Shown here: piece after piece, positions 1-10,973 of the stretch
Numbering within the stretch: position 1 is the stretch's first letter
Layout of the letters: the number at the start of each line of letters is the position of its first letter
NCBI GenBank assembly: GCA_963747375.1
Contig: CAVVFL010000016.1
Coordinates: 75,136-139,135, forward strand
From: Ilumatobacteraceae bacterium
GTDB lineage: Bacteria > Actinomycetota > Acidimicrobiia > Acidimicrobiales > Ilumatobacteraceae
Length of the DNA: 64,000 nucleotides
Direction of reading: 5' to 3'
Translations under genes and position numbers: made by a program
Notes under the pieces: generated by a model
Told to the model about the DNA's origin: nothing
What the model saw: only the letters and a program-made list of their open reading frames with translations
Database searches by the model: none

Positions 1-415
1 GATCGCCGTGCGCGACCTCCTCGGACTCGACACGCAGATCGTCGGCGTGGTCAGTGAGCTGGCCCCGTCGACGTTGCTCTCGTTCGAGCGAGGCGAGGTG
101 GTGACGACCGAGTCGGCGGCGACGTTCGTCGATGGTGTGGCGACACGGTCGCCTGACCCGGTGTCGATCGCCGGGATCGTCGCCGGCGCGTCGCGCATCG
201 TTGCCGTGCCCGACGATGCGACCGCTGAGGCGATGCGGATCATCTACCGAACCACCCACAACGTGGCCGAGTCGGCTGGAGCGATCGGGCTCGCCGGTCT
301 GTTGTCGGAGACGCCGCTACGGCGTGGGAAGCGCAGCGCGTTCGTGCTGTGCGGTGGCAACGTCGACTCGTCGCAGCTCCACGCCGTGCTCGGCGGCGCG
401 ACTCCGACCGCCTGA
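1..415 (+). CDS. PLP-dependent threonine/serine dehydratase-like enzyme, C-terminal fragment (5' end outside window)
   Basis: ORF 8..415 is open to the window edge. The C-terminal pattern matches fold-type-II PLP enzymes (FVDGVATRSP, AESAGAIGLAGLL, FVLCGGNVD). Confidence 0.55.
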   Translation, partial: IAVRDLLGLDTQIVGVVSELAPSTLLSFERGEVVTTESAATFVDGVATRSPDPVSIAGIVAGASRIVAVPDDATAEAMRIIYRTTHNVAESAGAIGLAGLLSETPLRRGKRSAFVLCGGNVDSSQLHAVLGGATPTA

Positions 416-451
416 CGTCAGCTCGTCGGGCGGTCGCCGACGGCGCAGCTG

Positions 452-1967
452 TCAGAGATCGCCGCGGTCGAGACGGTCGAGGATCTCGATGGCGTGATCG
501 CGGACGGCGGGGAGGTCGCTCAGATTTCGCATGGCGGCGAGCGGTCGGGCCATGCGGTGGTTCGATCTGAGCGAGTCGGCGTTGCGGGCGAGGAAGTCCC
601 AGTACAGGGTGGTGTAGGGGCAGGCGTCGGGTCCGACCCGCTTCTTCGGGTCGAAGCGACACGAACGGCAGCAGTCGCTCATCTTGTTGATGTAGGCGCC
701 GCCGGACGCATACGGCTTGGTGGCCATCATCCCGCCGTCGGCGAACAGGGCCATTCCGATCACGTTGGGCAGCATGACCCACTCGGCGCCGTCGACGAAG
801 CTCGCCCACATCCACTCCGTCATTGCCCACGGGTCGACGCCGGCGGTGAGGGCGAGGTTGCCGAGCACCATCAGCCGTTCGATGTGGTGCGCGTACCCGT
901 GATCTCGTACGTGGCCGACCACGCCGGCGACGCAGGCCATCTCGGTGTCGGCCGCACCGGTGAACACCGGTGGCACCGGGCGTGCGGCCCGAGTGCGTTT
1001 CTCGATGCGGTACTCGGGCATCCACAGCCAGTACACGCCCCACACGTACTCGCGCCATCCGATCACCTGGCGAATGAATCCTTCGACGGAGCTCAACGCA
1101 GCGGTGCCGTCGCGATAGCGTGGATTCGGCTGCCTCGACGAGCTCGTCGGGGTGCAGCAGCCCGATGTTCATCGACGACGACAGCACCGAGTGGGCCAGC
1201 TTCCACTCGGCGGTGAGCATCGCGTCCTCGTGCGGTCCGAACGACGCCAGACCGTGTTCGATGAACTCACCCAATCGGGCCAGGGCCTGCGAGCGGGTGA
1301 CCGGCCACGTGCCATCGGGGTCGGCGCCGAACGTCGCCGACGGAAGCCGTTCGATCACCGCGAGGTCGATGTCGTCGAGTTCGAACCGCGTGATCGACGG
1401 CCAGGTTCGACCGTCGCGCGGTGGCGGCTCTCGGTTGTCGTGGTCGAAGTTCCATCGGCCGCCGACCGGCTCGGGGCCGTTGGCGCCTTCGTCGATGAGC
1501 ACCCCGAGCCGCAATCGCTGCCAACGATAGAAGTCCTCCATCGTCAGCCTCTTGCGGTCGGCCGCCCAGCGCGCGAAGTCGTCGTAGTGGCAGAGGAACC
1601 GGTCGCTGCGCACCAACTCGACACCGTGGCGCTCAGGAGCGATCGGGCGTCCCAGCTCGTGGGCTCCGTCGGCGACGACGATGTCGACACCGAACTCCTC
1701 GACGTGGTCGCGCAGGCCTTGTTGCAGCGTGTCCGCTCGGCGGTGGTCGACGTCGAAACCTTCGGCTCTGAGCTCGGCTGCGAAGTGGGCCATGGCCGAC
1801 AGGACGAGATGGAGCCGCTGGCGGTGCCACCGTCGAGAGGTGATCAGGGTTGCGCTCTCGACGAGCAGGACGCGACAGTCGCCCGGCATCCGCTCGGCGA
1901 GCGCTCCTCTGGATCGGCAGAGCTGGTCGCCGAGCACCCACACGGTGGGGACGGGCGGAGCGGTCAT
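452..1967 (-). CDS. Cryptochrome/photolyase-family protein of the FeS-BCP (CryB/PhrB-like) type; frame broken once near 1118
   Basis: The N-terminal part (MTAPPVPTVWVLGDQL...NIGLLHPDELVEAAES) lies inside ORF 240..2162(-). The C-terminal 214 aa (SSVEGFIRQVIGWREYVWG...SDCCRSCRFDPKKRVGPDACPY, a Cys cluster typical of the Fe-S subgroup) is ORF 452..1096(-). The junction at about 1118-1122 fits one extra base. Confidence 0.8.
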
Positions 1968-1989
1968 CGTGGCAGTCTCGCCCATCATG

Positions 1990-2481
1990 GGAATGCTGTG
2001 GCGAGCGCCCCTGGTCTGGGCAGAGTGCTGAATGGAATGAGTCGGCGGTGAGCGTGGCCGAGGAAGCCCACTTCGATGGCAGCGCTTGGGTGGGGTTGGT
2101 GCCATTTCACATGGACGCGCTCGGCATCGCCGGCTCGGGGCCACTCCCGTTCGTCGGGTCATTCCCCGAGGTCAACGTGCGCACCTAGTGCGAGCCCGAG
2201 GCCGTGTCGGCGTCTGGTTCTTCTCGCTGGACGTCGACCGGTTCCTCCCGGCCGGCGTCGCCCGCATGGCCTACTCGCTGCCGTACGACTCGGGAACGGC
2301 CGTCCATGTGCGCGCTGGTGACATCGTCACCAGCCGAGTCCGGCGCAACTGGCCGCGCCCGAGTTCGCCTGCCACGACGGAGATCGCCGTGCAGACGGGC
2401 GGGGTGATCGATCACATCGATCCACTCGCTCGCTTCCTCACCGCGGTGGGTCTGATCTCGGCCACCCGAACCGGCCGGTAG
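1990..2481 (+). pseudogene. DUF2071-family protein; in-frame TAG at 2186-2188 caused by a frame break, and a possible second break near 2025
   Basis: ORF 1850..2188 ends ...FDGSAWVGLVPFHMDALG...FPEVNVRT*. ORF 2086..2481 continues (Y)VRARGRVGVWFFSLDVDRFLPAGVARMAYSLPY. Together these give the DUF2071 signature NVRTYV...FFSLD. The start is uncertain. Confidence 0.6.
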
Positions 2482-2526
2482 CGCTACGCGCCGGTCGACC
2501 GATCCGACTTCGCACCTGAACGCAGA

Positions 2527-3398
2527 TCAGCCCGAGCGGGCAGCGAGCGATGCGGCGAGTTCGTCGGTGGCCGGGTCACGGACCGACCCCGAGCGGGTCG
2601 CGAGCACGAGTCGACGGCTCGTGAGTTTGCGCCGACGGTGCAGTGGCCGGTCGCCGTGCTCGGCCTGCGACGTCGGCAGCACCGTCCAGCCGACACCCAG
2701 CTGAACCATCTCGCGAAGTACGTCGGGCTGGTGGCTCTCGGCGACCACGTCGATCGGCGCGCCGAGTCGGCGCAGCTCGTCGACCACGAGCGCCCGGGTG
2801 TGCGAACCGGCGGGGAACAACACCCACGGCCCCCAGGACTGCGGGCGGCCCGTTCGAATGGCCGGGTGGTCCGTACACGGCGAGGTCCTCCGTGAGCAGG
2901 GGAGCGGTGTCGATGCCGCTGACCGGTGTCGGCGGGTCCACGCACACGACCAGGTCGAGTTCGCCTGCCACGAGGAGGTCGAGGAGTTCGGCGGACGGCG
3001 CGACCCGCAGGCGCAGGTCGACGTCGGGGTGGTCGGTGCGGAAGCGACGGAGCTGGTCGGGCAGATGGACCACGGCGGCGGCGTCGATCATCCCCAGCCG
3101 GAGCGCGCCGCTGCGCCCGGTGCGGACTCGGTCGGCCCATCCGGCAAGGTCGTGGGTGAGCGCCAGCACCTGGCGGGCGTGTGCGACCACTGGTGCGGCG
3201 GACGGCCGGACGAGCCGTCGCCGGCCATCGCGATCGAACAGTGCCACACCCGACCCGACGTTCGAGTTCGGCCAGACCCTGCGACAGCGCGGAGGCACTG
3301 ACGCCGACACGCTCGGCGGCGACCGCCCAGGTCGGTTCCTCGGCGACCGCGACGAGATACTCGAGTTGTCGGATCGACAGATCGGGGAGTGGCTGCAC
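2527..3398 (-). pseudogene. LysR-family transcriptional regulator, split over three frames (breaks near 3248 and 2840)
   Basis: The HTH part (LSIRQLEYLVAVAEEPTWAVAAERVGVSASALSQGLAELERRVG) is in the frame of ORF 2484..3617(-). The middle (VALFDRDGRRRLVRPS...LRLGMIDAA...) is in ORF 2576..3310(-). The C-terminus (LFPAGSHTRALVVDELRRLG...) is in ORF 2527..2823(-). The second break sits in a run of five C at 2839-2843. The gene is divergent from ino1. Confidence 0.8.
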
Positions 3399-3467
3399 TC
3401 GTGCAGAATACTTCAGTCTTGCTTCACAACAGGGCAGAGAACTGAAACATCGCTTATCATCGATGGA

Positions 3468-4769
<1,302 letters not shown>

Positions 4770-4770
4770 C

Positions 4771-4868
4771 CCCAGTCGGGCACCCCACCCGCTTGCGTGC
4801 CCCCACCTGTTTGCGTGACGGTTTGGTTGGAGCGCTCCAACCAAACCGTCGCCGCAAACGGAGTGAGG
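4771..4868. repeat. Palindromic intergenic repeat, family 1, copy a
   Basis: A perfect 34-bp palindrome GACGGTTTGGTTGGAGC/GCTCCAACCAAACCGTC occupies 4817-4850. It sits inside GTTTGCGTGAC...GCCGCAAAC, between a C-rich 5' flank (CACCCCACCC, CCCCCACC) and a G-rich 3' flank (GAGGGGG). It starts 2 nt after the ino1 stop. Confidence 0.8.
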
Positions 4869-4894
4869 GGGTCAGATCTCATACAGTCGGTGAC

Positions 4895-5752
4895 ATGACG
4901 GCTGTGGTGATGGATGGCAATGCGCTGCGTGACGAGATCATCGTCGGGTTGCGGGAGCGGATCGAGGCGGCCGGCTCGCCGGCGATCTGCCTGGCAACGG
5001 TGCTCGTCGGTGACGACGGGCCGAGCCAGCGCTACGTCCGCATGAAGCACGCCAAGGCCGCCGAGGCCGGACTCACCTCACGCCACGTCGACCTGCCGTC
5101 GACCGCCACCCAGGCAGAGGTCGAGTCGGTGGTGCGTGAACTCGTCGCCGACGACGAGGTGCACGGCATCCTCGTGCAGCTTCCGCTGCCCGACGGACTC
5201 GACCCCGAACCGGTCATCGACCTCATCCCGCCGGAGAAGGACGTCGACGGCCTGACCGAACGCTCGATGGGCCGACTCGTCCGCGGTCGGCCCGGCCTGG
5301 TGGGCTGCACACCGCTCGGCGTGATGCGCCTCCTCGAACGCTACGACATCTCCCCGAGCGGCAAGCGAGCCGTCGTCGTCGGGCGGTCGACGCTCGTCGG
5401 GCTTCCGCTGTCGCTGCTCCTCGCGCGCAAGGGCGTCGACGCGACGGTGACCCTCGCTCACTCCCGAACCGCCGACATGGCAGCCGTCGTCCGTGAAGCC
5501 GACATCGTCGTCGGCGCGGCCGGGCAGGCGCGGATGATCACCGCCGACATGATCAAGCCCGGCGCTGCGGTGATCGACGTCGGCGTGTCGCGAACCGAAG
5601 CCGGCATCGCCGGCGACGTCGACTTCGGTCCGGTTGCCGAAGTCGCGGGGTTCATCACGCCGATGCCCGGCGGGACGGGCCCGATGACCATCGCCTGCCT
5701 GATGGAGAACACCCTCACCGCCGCACGGTTGCAAGGGGCCTTCCAGGGCTGA
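4895..5752 (+). CDS. folD: Bifunctional methylenetetrahydrofolate dehydrogenase/cyclohydrolase
   Basis: 285 aa, starting MTAVVMDGNAL. FolD motifs are present: YVRMKHKAAEAG-like, GILVQLPLP, DVDG, VVVGRSTLVGLPL, PMPGGTGPMTIA. Confidence 0.9.
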   Translation: MTAVVMDGNALRDEIIVGLRERIEAAGSPAICLATVLVGDDGPSQRYVRMKHAKAAEAGLTSRHVDLPSTATQAEVESVVRELVADDEVHGILVQLPLPDGLDPEPVIDLIPPEKDVDGLTERSMGRLVRGRPGLVGCTPLGVMRLLERYDISPSGKRAVVVGRSTLVGLPLSLLLARKGVDATVTLAHSRTADMAAVVREADIVVGAAGQARMITADMIKPGAAVIDVGVSRTEAGIAGDVDFGPVAEVAGFITPMPGGTGPMTIACLMENTLTAARLQGAFQG

Positions 5753-5776
5753 CCGTCGGCGAGGGGCGAGTCGGTC

Positions 5777-6474
5777 TCAGGCGACTTCGATGTCGGGGAG
5801 CGGCCGATCGAGCCGGCGTCTGCATGTCGACGACGTAGGCCGTCCAGGACGTCACGATGCGCAGTTGCAGCATCCGGGCGACATCGTCGTGATCGCTGGC
5901 TCTGTCGCACGAAGCGGGCCACCGCGATGACGTCGTCGAGGATGAGTTCGGCATGCCGCCTCTGGACTGCGGCAACGCTCGAGCGGAGTGGATCGGTGTA
6001 GCCGTACTCCGAACGCCACTCCGACTCGAGCACGAAGACCACGAGATCGCGGCCCGCAGCCAGGAGCTCGCGGATGCCGTCGCCGAGCGTGCCCTCGGCG
6101 AAGCGCCACCGGTCGATGACCTCGAACGCCTGATGGTCGTCTGCCATGACGGTGACGATCTTCCTGCTGAGCTCCAAGATGCCGTCGAGGTCGTCGAAGT
6201 TGACGTCCGGCGCGAGCAGGATCGAGTTCAACATGGCCGTGAGTTCCGACACGACGATCCTGCTGGCGATCCCGCTGAGTTCGTCCATGTCGACGATGTG
6301 CCGATAGATCGCCGACTGCGTCACCCCGATCCGGGCGGCCACGTTCACCGACGTGAGCGCGGCGGGACCCTCCTCGCGGAGGATCGTCGCCGCCTCGTCG
6401 ATGATCTCGTCACGCCGACTCACGACGGCAACCGTACTGCGCCGTCGACGGAGGTGAGGTTGACCCTGCGGCAA
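5777..6474 (-). pseudogene. TetR-family transcriptional regulator; 3' part shifted twice (near 5900 and 5812)
   Basis: The N-terminal HTH (RRDEIIDEAATILREEGPAALTSVNVAARIGVTQSAIYRHI) is in ORF 5458..6474(-). That ORF then runs 300 nt into folD, which is implausible. A plausible continuation (SDHDDVARMLQLRIVTSWTAYVVDMQ) is in ORF 5715..5975(-), and a third frame ends LDRPLPDIEVA* at 5777. Confidence 0.65.
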
Positions 6475-6495
6475 ATCGATGGCAGACTGTCGAGC

Positions 6496-6546
6496 GTGTA
6501 CGCCGCCCGACGCGTTCCGAACTCACTCGTAGTACTCATCCGGTAG
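6496..6546 (+). promoter_or_regulatory. Candidate ilv leader peptide (16 codons, GTG start) ending in L-V-V-L-I
   Basis: Reads gtg tac gcc gcc cga cgc gtt ccg aac tca ctc gta gta ctc atc cgg tag, giving (M)YAARRVPNSLVVLIR*. Five consecutive branched-chain codons lie 30 nt upstream of a terminator-like hairpin and upstream of ilvB. No clear Shine-Dalgarno sequence. Confidence 0.35.
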
Positions 6547-6568
6547 CACGCCCGGCTCACTGCCGCGC

Positions 6569-8437
6569 GTGCTCACGACCTCCCAGACGGGAGGTCGTTT
6601 GCTTTTCGGCACCGATTCCCACTCCCATCCATCCCCGCCCACGATCAACCCCGAACAAAGGAACCATCCCAGGGCAGCAGATCAGGCTGAACGAATCACC
6701 GGCGCCGAGGCGCTGATCCGATCACTCGAGCACGAAAACGTCGAACTCATCTTCGGCTACCCCGGAGGGTGCATCCTTCCGGCGTACGACCCGTTGATGG
6801 ACAGCCCCATCCGTCACATCCTCGTGCGTCACGAGCAGGGTGCCGGCCACATGGCCGAGGGCTACGCCCACGTGTCGGGCAAGCCGGGCGTCGCCATGGT
6901 GACCTCGGGCCCGGCCGCCACGAACCTCGTGACGCCGCTGATGGACGCCTACATGGATTCGGTGCCGATGGTCGCCATCACCGGCCAGGTCGCGACCAAC
7001 GCGATCGGCACGGACGCGTTCCAGGAGTGCGACACGGTCGGCATCACCCGCTCGTGCACCAAGCACAACGAACTCGTGCTGAGTGCGCAGGACATCCCGA
7101 TGGCGGTTCGCCAGGCGTTCCACATCGCCACGACCGGTCGCCCCGGCCCGACGCTGATCGACGTGCCGAAGGACTGCCTCCAGAACGACATGGAGTGGTA
7201 CTGGCCGACCGATCAGGAAGTGCTCGACTCGCTGCCGGGCTACCGCCCGAACGTCAAAGGTCATCCACGGATGATCAAGGAGGCTGCGCGTCTGATCATG
7301 GCGTCCGAGCGGCCGGTCATCTACGCCGGTGGTGGGATCCTCAAGGCGCGTGCGGCCGAGGCGCTGCGCGAGCTGGCCGAGCTGATCGACAGCTACGTGG
7401 TGACGACGCTCATGGCGCGCGGTGCGTTCCCCGACAATCACCCGCTGTGCCTCGGCATGCCCGGAATGCACGGAAACGCCACGGCGGTCACCGCGCTGCA
7501 GAAGGCCGATCTGCTGATCACGCTCGGCGCCCGCTTCGACGACCGGATCACCGGCAAGGTCGATGCCTTCGCGCCGGTCGCCAAGGTGATCCACGTCGAC
7601 ATCGACCCGGCCGAGCAGGGCAAGGTCCGTCGCCCCGACGTGCCGATCGTCGGTGACGCCAAGTACGTGATCGAGGAGATCATCTCCGAGATCAAGGCCA
7701 TGATCGCTGCGGGCACCGTCCAGGCCGACACGTCGGCGTGGAAGAGCAAGGTGTCGGGATGGCGTGAGCAGTTCCCGATGACCTACGAGCAGTCCGAGCC
7801 GGGCGCCGCGCTCAAGCCGCAGTACTGCATCGAGGAGCTGAACCGTCTCGCGGCACCGCACACGATCGTGTCGTCGGGCGTCGGCCAGCACCAGATGTAC
7901 ACCTCGCAGTTCTTCGAGTTCAACGAGCCCTACACCTGGGTCAACTCGGGTGGTCTCGGCACGATGGGGTTCTCCATCCCCGCCGCCATCGGCGCCAAGG
8001 CCGCAAAGCCCGAGTGCGACGTGTGGGCCGTCGACGGTGACGGTTGTTTCCAGATGACCGCGCAGGAGCTCGTGACCTCCACGGTCGAGGGGCTGCCGAT
8101 CAAGGTGGCGCTGCTCAACAACAGCTACCTCGGCATGGTTCGTCAGTGGCAGGAGATGTTCTACGACGAGCGCTACTCCGAGGTGTACCTCAATGCCAAG
8201 GTGCCCGACTTCGTCATGTGGGCCGAGTCGATGGGGTGCGTCGGCATTCTCGTCGAGTCGCCCGAGGAGGTCGGTCCGGCCATCGAGAAGGCGAACTCCA
8301 TCAAGGACCGCTCCGTCGTCATCGAGTTCCGCACCGACGCCTCCGAGCTGGTCTTCCCGATGGTGCCGGCCGGCGCCAGCAACGACGACCTCATCCTCCA
8401 CCCCACCCAGCAAGACCGAGCCGAGGCCCTCAAGTGA
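6569..8437 (+). CDS. ilvB: Acetolactate synthase (acetohydroxy-acid synthase) large subunit
   Basis: Intact 622-aa ORF with a ThDP enzyme pattern (ITGAEALIRSLEHENVELIFGYPGG, GPAATNLVTP, GGLGTMGFSIPAAIGA, DGDGCFQMT). GTG 6569 is the only canonical in-frame start upstream of the conserved core, so the hairpin above lies inside codons 3-10. The start is therefore uncertain. Confidence 0.9.
   Translation: MLTTSQTGGRLLFGTDSHSHPSPPTINPEQRNHPRAADQAERITGAEALIRSLEHENVELIFGYPGGCILPAYDPLMDSPIRHILVRHEQGAGHMAEGYAHVSGKPGVAMVTSGPAATNLVTPLMDAYMDSVPMVAITGQVATNAIGTDAFQECDTVGITRSCTKHNELVLSAQDIPMAVRQAFHIATTGRPGPTLIDVPKDCLQNDMEWYWPTDQEVLDSLPGYRPNVKGHPRMIKEAARLIMASERPVIYAGGGILKARAAEALRELAELIDSYVVTTLMARGAFPDNHPLCLGMPGMHGNATAVTALQKADLLITLGARFDDRITGKVDAFAPVAKVIHVDIDPAEQGKVRRPDVPIVGDAKYVIEEIISEIKAMIAAGTVQADTSAWKSKVSGWREQFPMTYEQSEPGAALKPQYCIEELNRLAAPHTIVSSGVGQHQMYTSQFFEFNEPYTWVNSGGLGTMGFSIPAAIGAKAAKPECDVWAVDGDGCFQMTAQELVTSTVEGLPIKVALLNNSYLGMVRQWQEMFYDERYSEVYLNAKVPDFVMWAESMGCVGILVESPEEVGPAIEKANSIKDRSVVIEFRTDASELVFPMVPAGASNDDLILHPTQQDRAEALK
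6576..6607 (+). terminator. Intrinsic-terminator-like hairpin (candidate ilvBNC attenuator)
   Basis: A 9-bp GC-rich stem CGACCTCCC (6576-6584) pairs with GGGAGGTCG (6589-6597) around the loop AGAC. It is followed by TTTGCTTTTC. An alternative hairpin GCACGC...GCGTGC lies upstream at 6546-6572. Confidence 0.5.
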
Positions 8438-9006
8438 CCACCATCAACCAGTACGGGGGCCAGACCCTCAACCACCACATCCTGTCGGTGCTCGTCCAGA
8501 ACCGGCCCGGCGTCCTGGCCCGGGTCGCCGGGCTGTTCGCACGGCGTGGCTTCAACATCTTCTCGCTCGCCGTCGCTCCGGCCGAGGACGACGGCATGAG
8601 CCGCATCACCATCGTCGTCGACGTGGAGTCGACGCCGCTCGAGCAGATCACCAAGCAGCTGTTCAAGCTGATCGACGTCGTGAAGATCTCCGAACTCGAT
8701 CCACGTCGTTCGGTCGAGCGCGAACTGCTCATCGCGACGGTCAAGGCGCCGGATGAGCAGCGTGGCAAGGTGGTCGAGCTGGTCAACATCTTCGAGGGCA
8801 AGATCATCGCCGTCGCCGAGTCGGTGTTGACCGTGAGCCTCGAGGGTCATCCCGACAAGCTCGACGATTTTGAGGATTTGCTCGACGGTTATGGCATCGT
8901 TGAGCTCCAGCGCACAGGTCGCGTGGCGCTTCCGAAACTCGATCGTGGCGCACGCTTGCGCGCCGTGAACCAAACCCCCACACCGAACACTGGAAAGGCT
9001 GGCTGA
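8434..9006 (+). CDS. ilvN: Acetolactate synthase small (regulatory, ACT-domain) subunit
   Basis: The GTG start overlaps the ilvB stop (GTGA at 8434-8437). Sequence: [35 protein letters not shown]...ITIVV. Confidence 0.9.
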   Translation: MTTINQYGGQTLNHHILSVLVQNRPGVLARVAGLFARRGFNIFSLAVAPAEDDGMSRITIVVDVESTPLEQITKQLFKLIDVVKISELDPRRSVERELLIATVKAPDEQRGKVVELVNIFEGKIIAVAESVLTVSLEGHPDKLDDFEDLLDGYGIVELQRTGRVALPKLDRGARLRAVNQTPTPNTGKAG

Positions 9007-9007
9007 G

Positions 9008-10037
<1,030 letters not shown>

Positions 10038-10040
10038 GTG

Positions 10041-10190
10041 CCTCACCCTCTCCCACCCCACCCATCACCAAGCGATGAGCCACGAGCCCATATCCTGGCT
10101 TTTGGCTCATCACTTCGGCGCAGTGTGCTCCGGCGATGAGCCGGTGGCCCACATCCCGGCTCTTCGCTCATCGCTCGGCAAGGGGTTGGT
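10041..10190. repeat. Palindromic intergenic repeat, family 3 (two tandem ~48-bp units)
   Basis: Unit 1 (10071-10119) is GCGATGAGCCacgagcccatatcctggcttttGGCTCATC. Unit 2 (10131-10179) is GCGATGAGCCggtggcccacatcccggctcttcGCTCATC. The 5' flank is C-rich (CCTCACCCTCTCCCACCCCACCC) and the 3' flank is G-rich (AAGGGGTTGGTGTG). The element starts 4 nt after the ilvC stop. Confidence 0.7.
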
Positions 10191-10193
10191 GTG

Positions 10194-10830
10194 ATGAGTG
10201 GAGTGTCGATCGGGTGTGCTGTGGTGTTCGTCGTCGCCGCCGGTGCGAACTGGTGGAGCCGATGGACCGATGACCGACGCACCGAACTCTGGAGCAAGCC
10301 GCTCGCACTGATCGCTCTGATCGGGGTGGCGGCGACGCTCGATCCGGTGGATCCCGCGGTGCGGGCGTGGTTCGTCGTGGCGCTCGTCTTCTCGCTCGCC
10401 GGCGACGTGTTCCTGCTCGACGGCGACCGGCGGTTCATTCCAGGTCTCGTCGCGTTCCTGCTCGCGCACGTTGCGTACACGATCGGCCTGATCGTCGCCC
10501 CGGACTGGTCGTGGGTCGGTTTCGTCGTGGGTGTCGTGATCATGGTGGTGCTGGCCGCAGCGGTCGGTCTGCCGCATCGTCGGCGCCGCCCGTCGATCCG
10601 AACCGGTGCTCGGCCCAGCGGTCTCGGCCTACCTCGCGGCGATCTCGCTGATGTTCTGCACTGCTGTGGCGACCGGCAACGTGTGGGCGATCGTCGGCGC
10701 CGGGTTGTTCGTCGCATCCGACTCGGTGCTCGGCTGGCGACAGTTCGTCGGCTCGGCGCGGTGGATGCCGGTGACGGTGATGGTCACCTACCACCTCGGC
10801 CAAGCCGGCCTCGTCGCCTCCCTCCTCTGA
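10194..10830 (+). CDS. YhhN-family (lysoplasmalogenase-like) membrane protein; frame broken once near 10573
   Basis: The N-terminal part (FSLAGDVFLLDG...GLVAFLLAHVAY) is in ORF 10191..10934. The C-terminal part (PVLGPAVSAYLAAISLMF...GAGLFVASDSVLGW) is in ORF 10606..10830. Confidence 0.75.
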
Positions 10831-10840
10831 CCCCTTGGGG

Positions 10841-10914
10841 CCACCTCCCGTCCCAAATTCGGAGCGAACATTGCGCTCAGCGCAATGTTCGCTCCGAATT
10901 TCGGGTTGGGGGGG
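10841..10914. repeat. Palindromic intergenic repeat, family 2, copy a
   Basis: The core (10852-10904) is CCAAATTCGGAGCGAACATTGCGC-tca-GCGCAATGTTCGCTCCGAATTTCGG, with ~24-bp arms. The 5' flank is C-rich and the 3' flank is GTTGGGGGGG. Confidence 0.8.
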
Positions 10915-10973
10915 CTTGTCGCTCGGAAAGTTGACTTGTGGGGTCGGGTATTGAGGGGTAGCGTCTCGGCCCT

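Noticed and set aside
3393-3406. The inverted repeat CTGCAC-TC-GTGCAG between the LysR gene and ino1, as a LysR box.
   Set aside because: It overlaps the proposed GTG start of the LysR gene and does not show the T-N11-A layout. The evidence is insufficient.
6478-6531. An alternative 17-codon leader ORF, ATG 6478 (MADCRACTPPDAFRTHS*), upstream of ilvB.
   Set aside because: It contains no Leu/Val/Ile run. The overlapping GTG-initiated frame with LVVLI fits attenuation logic better.
10905-10973. A SAM/methionine riboswitch or T-box upstream of metY.
   Set aside because: Only about 70 nt separate the repeat from the ATG, which is too short for known SAM aptamers. No conserved aptamer core was seen. 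A TTGACT and a TAGCGT hexamer are present but have poor spacing, so no promoter is called.
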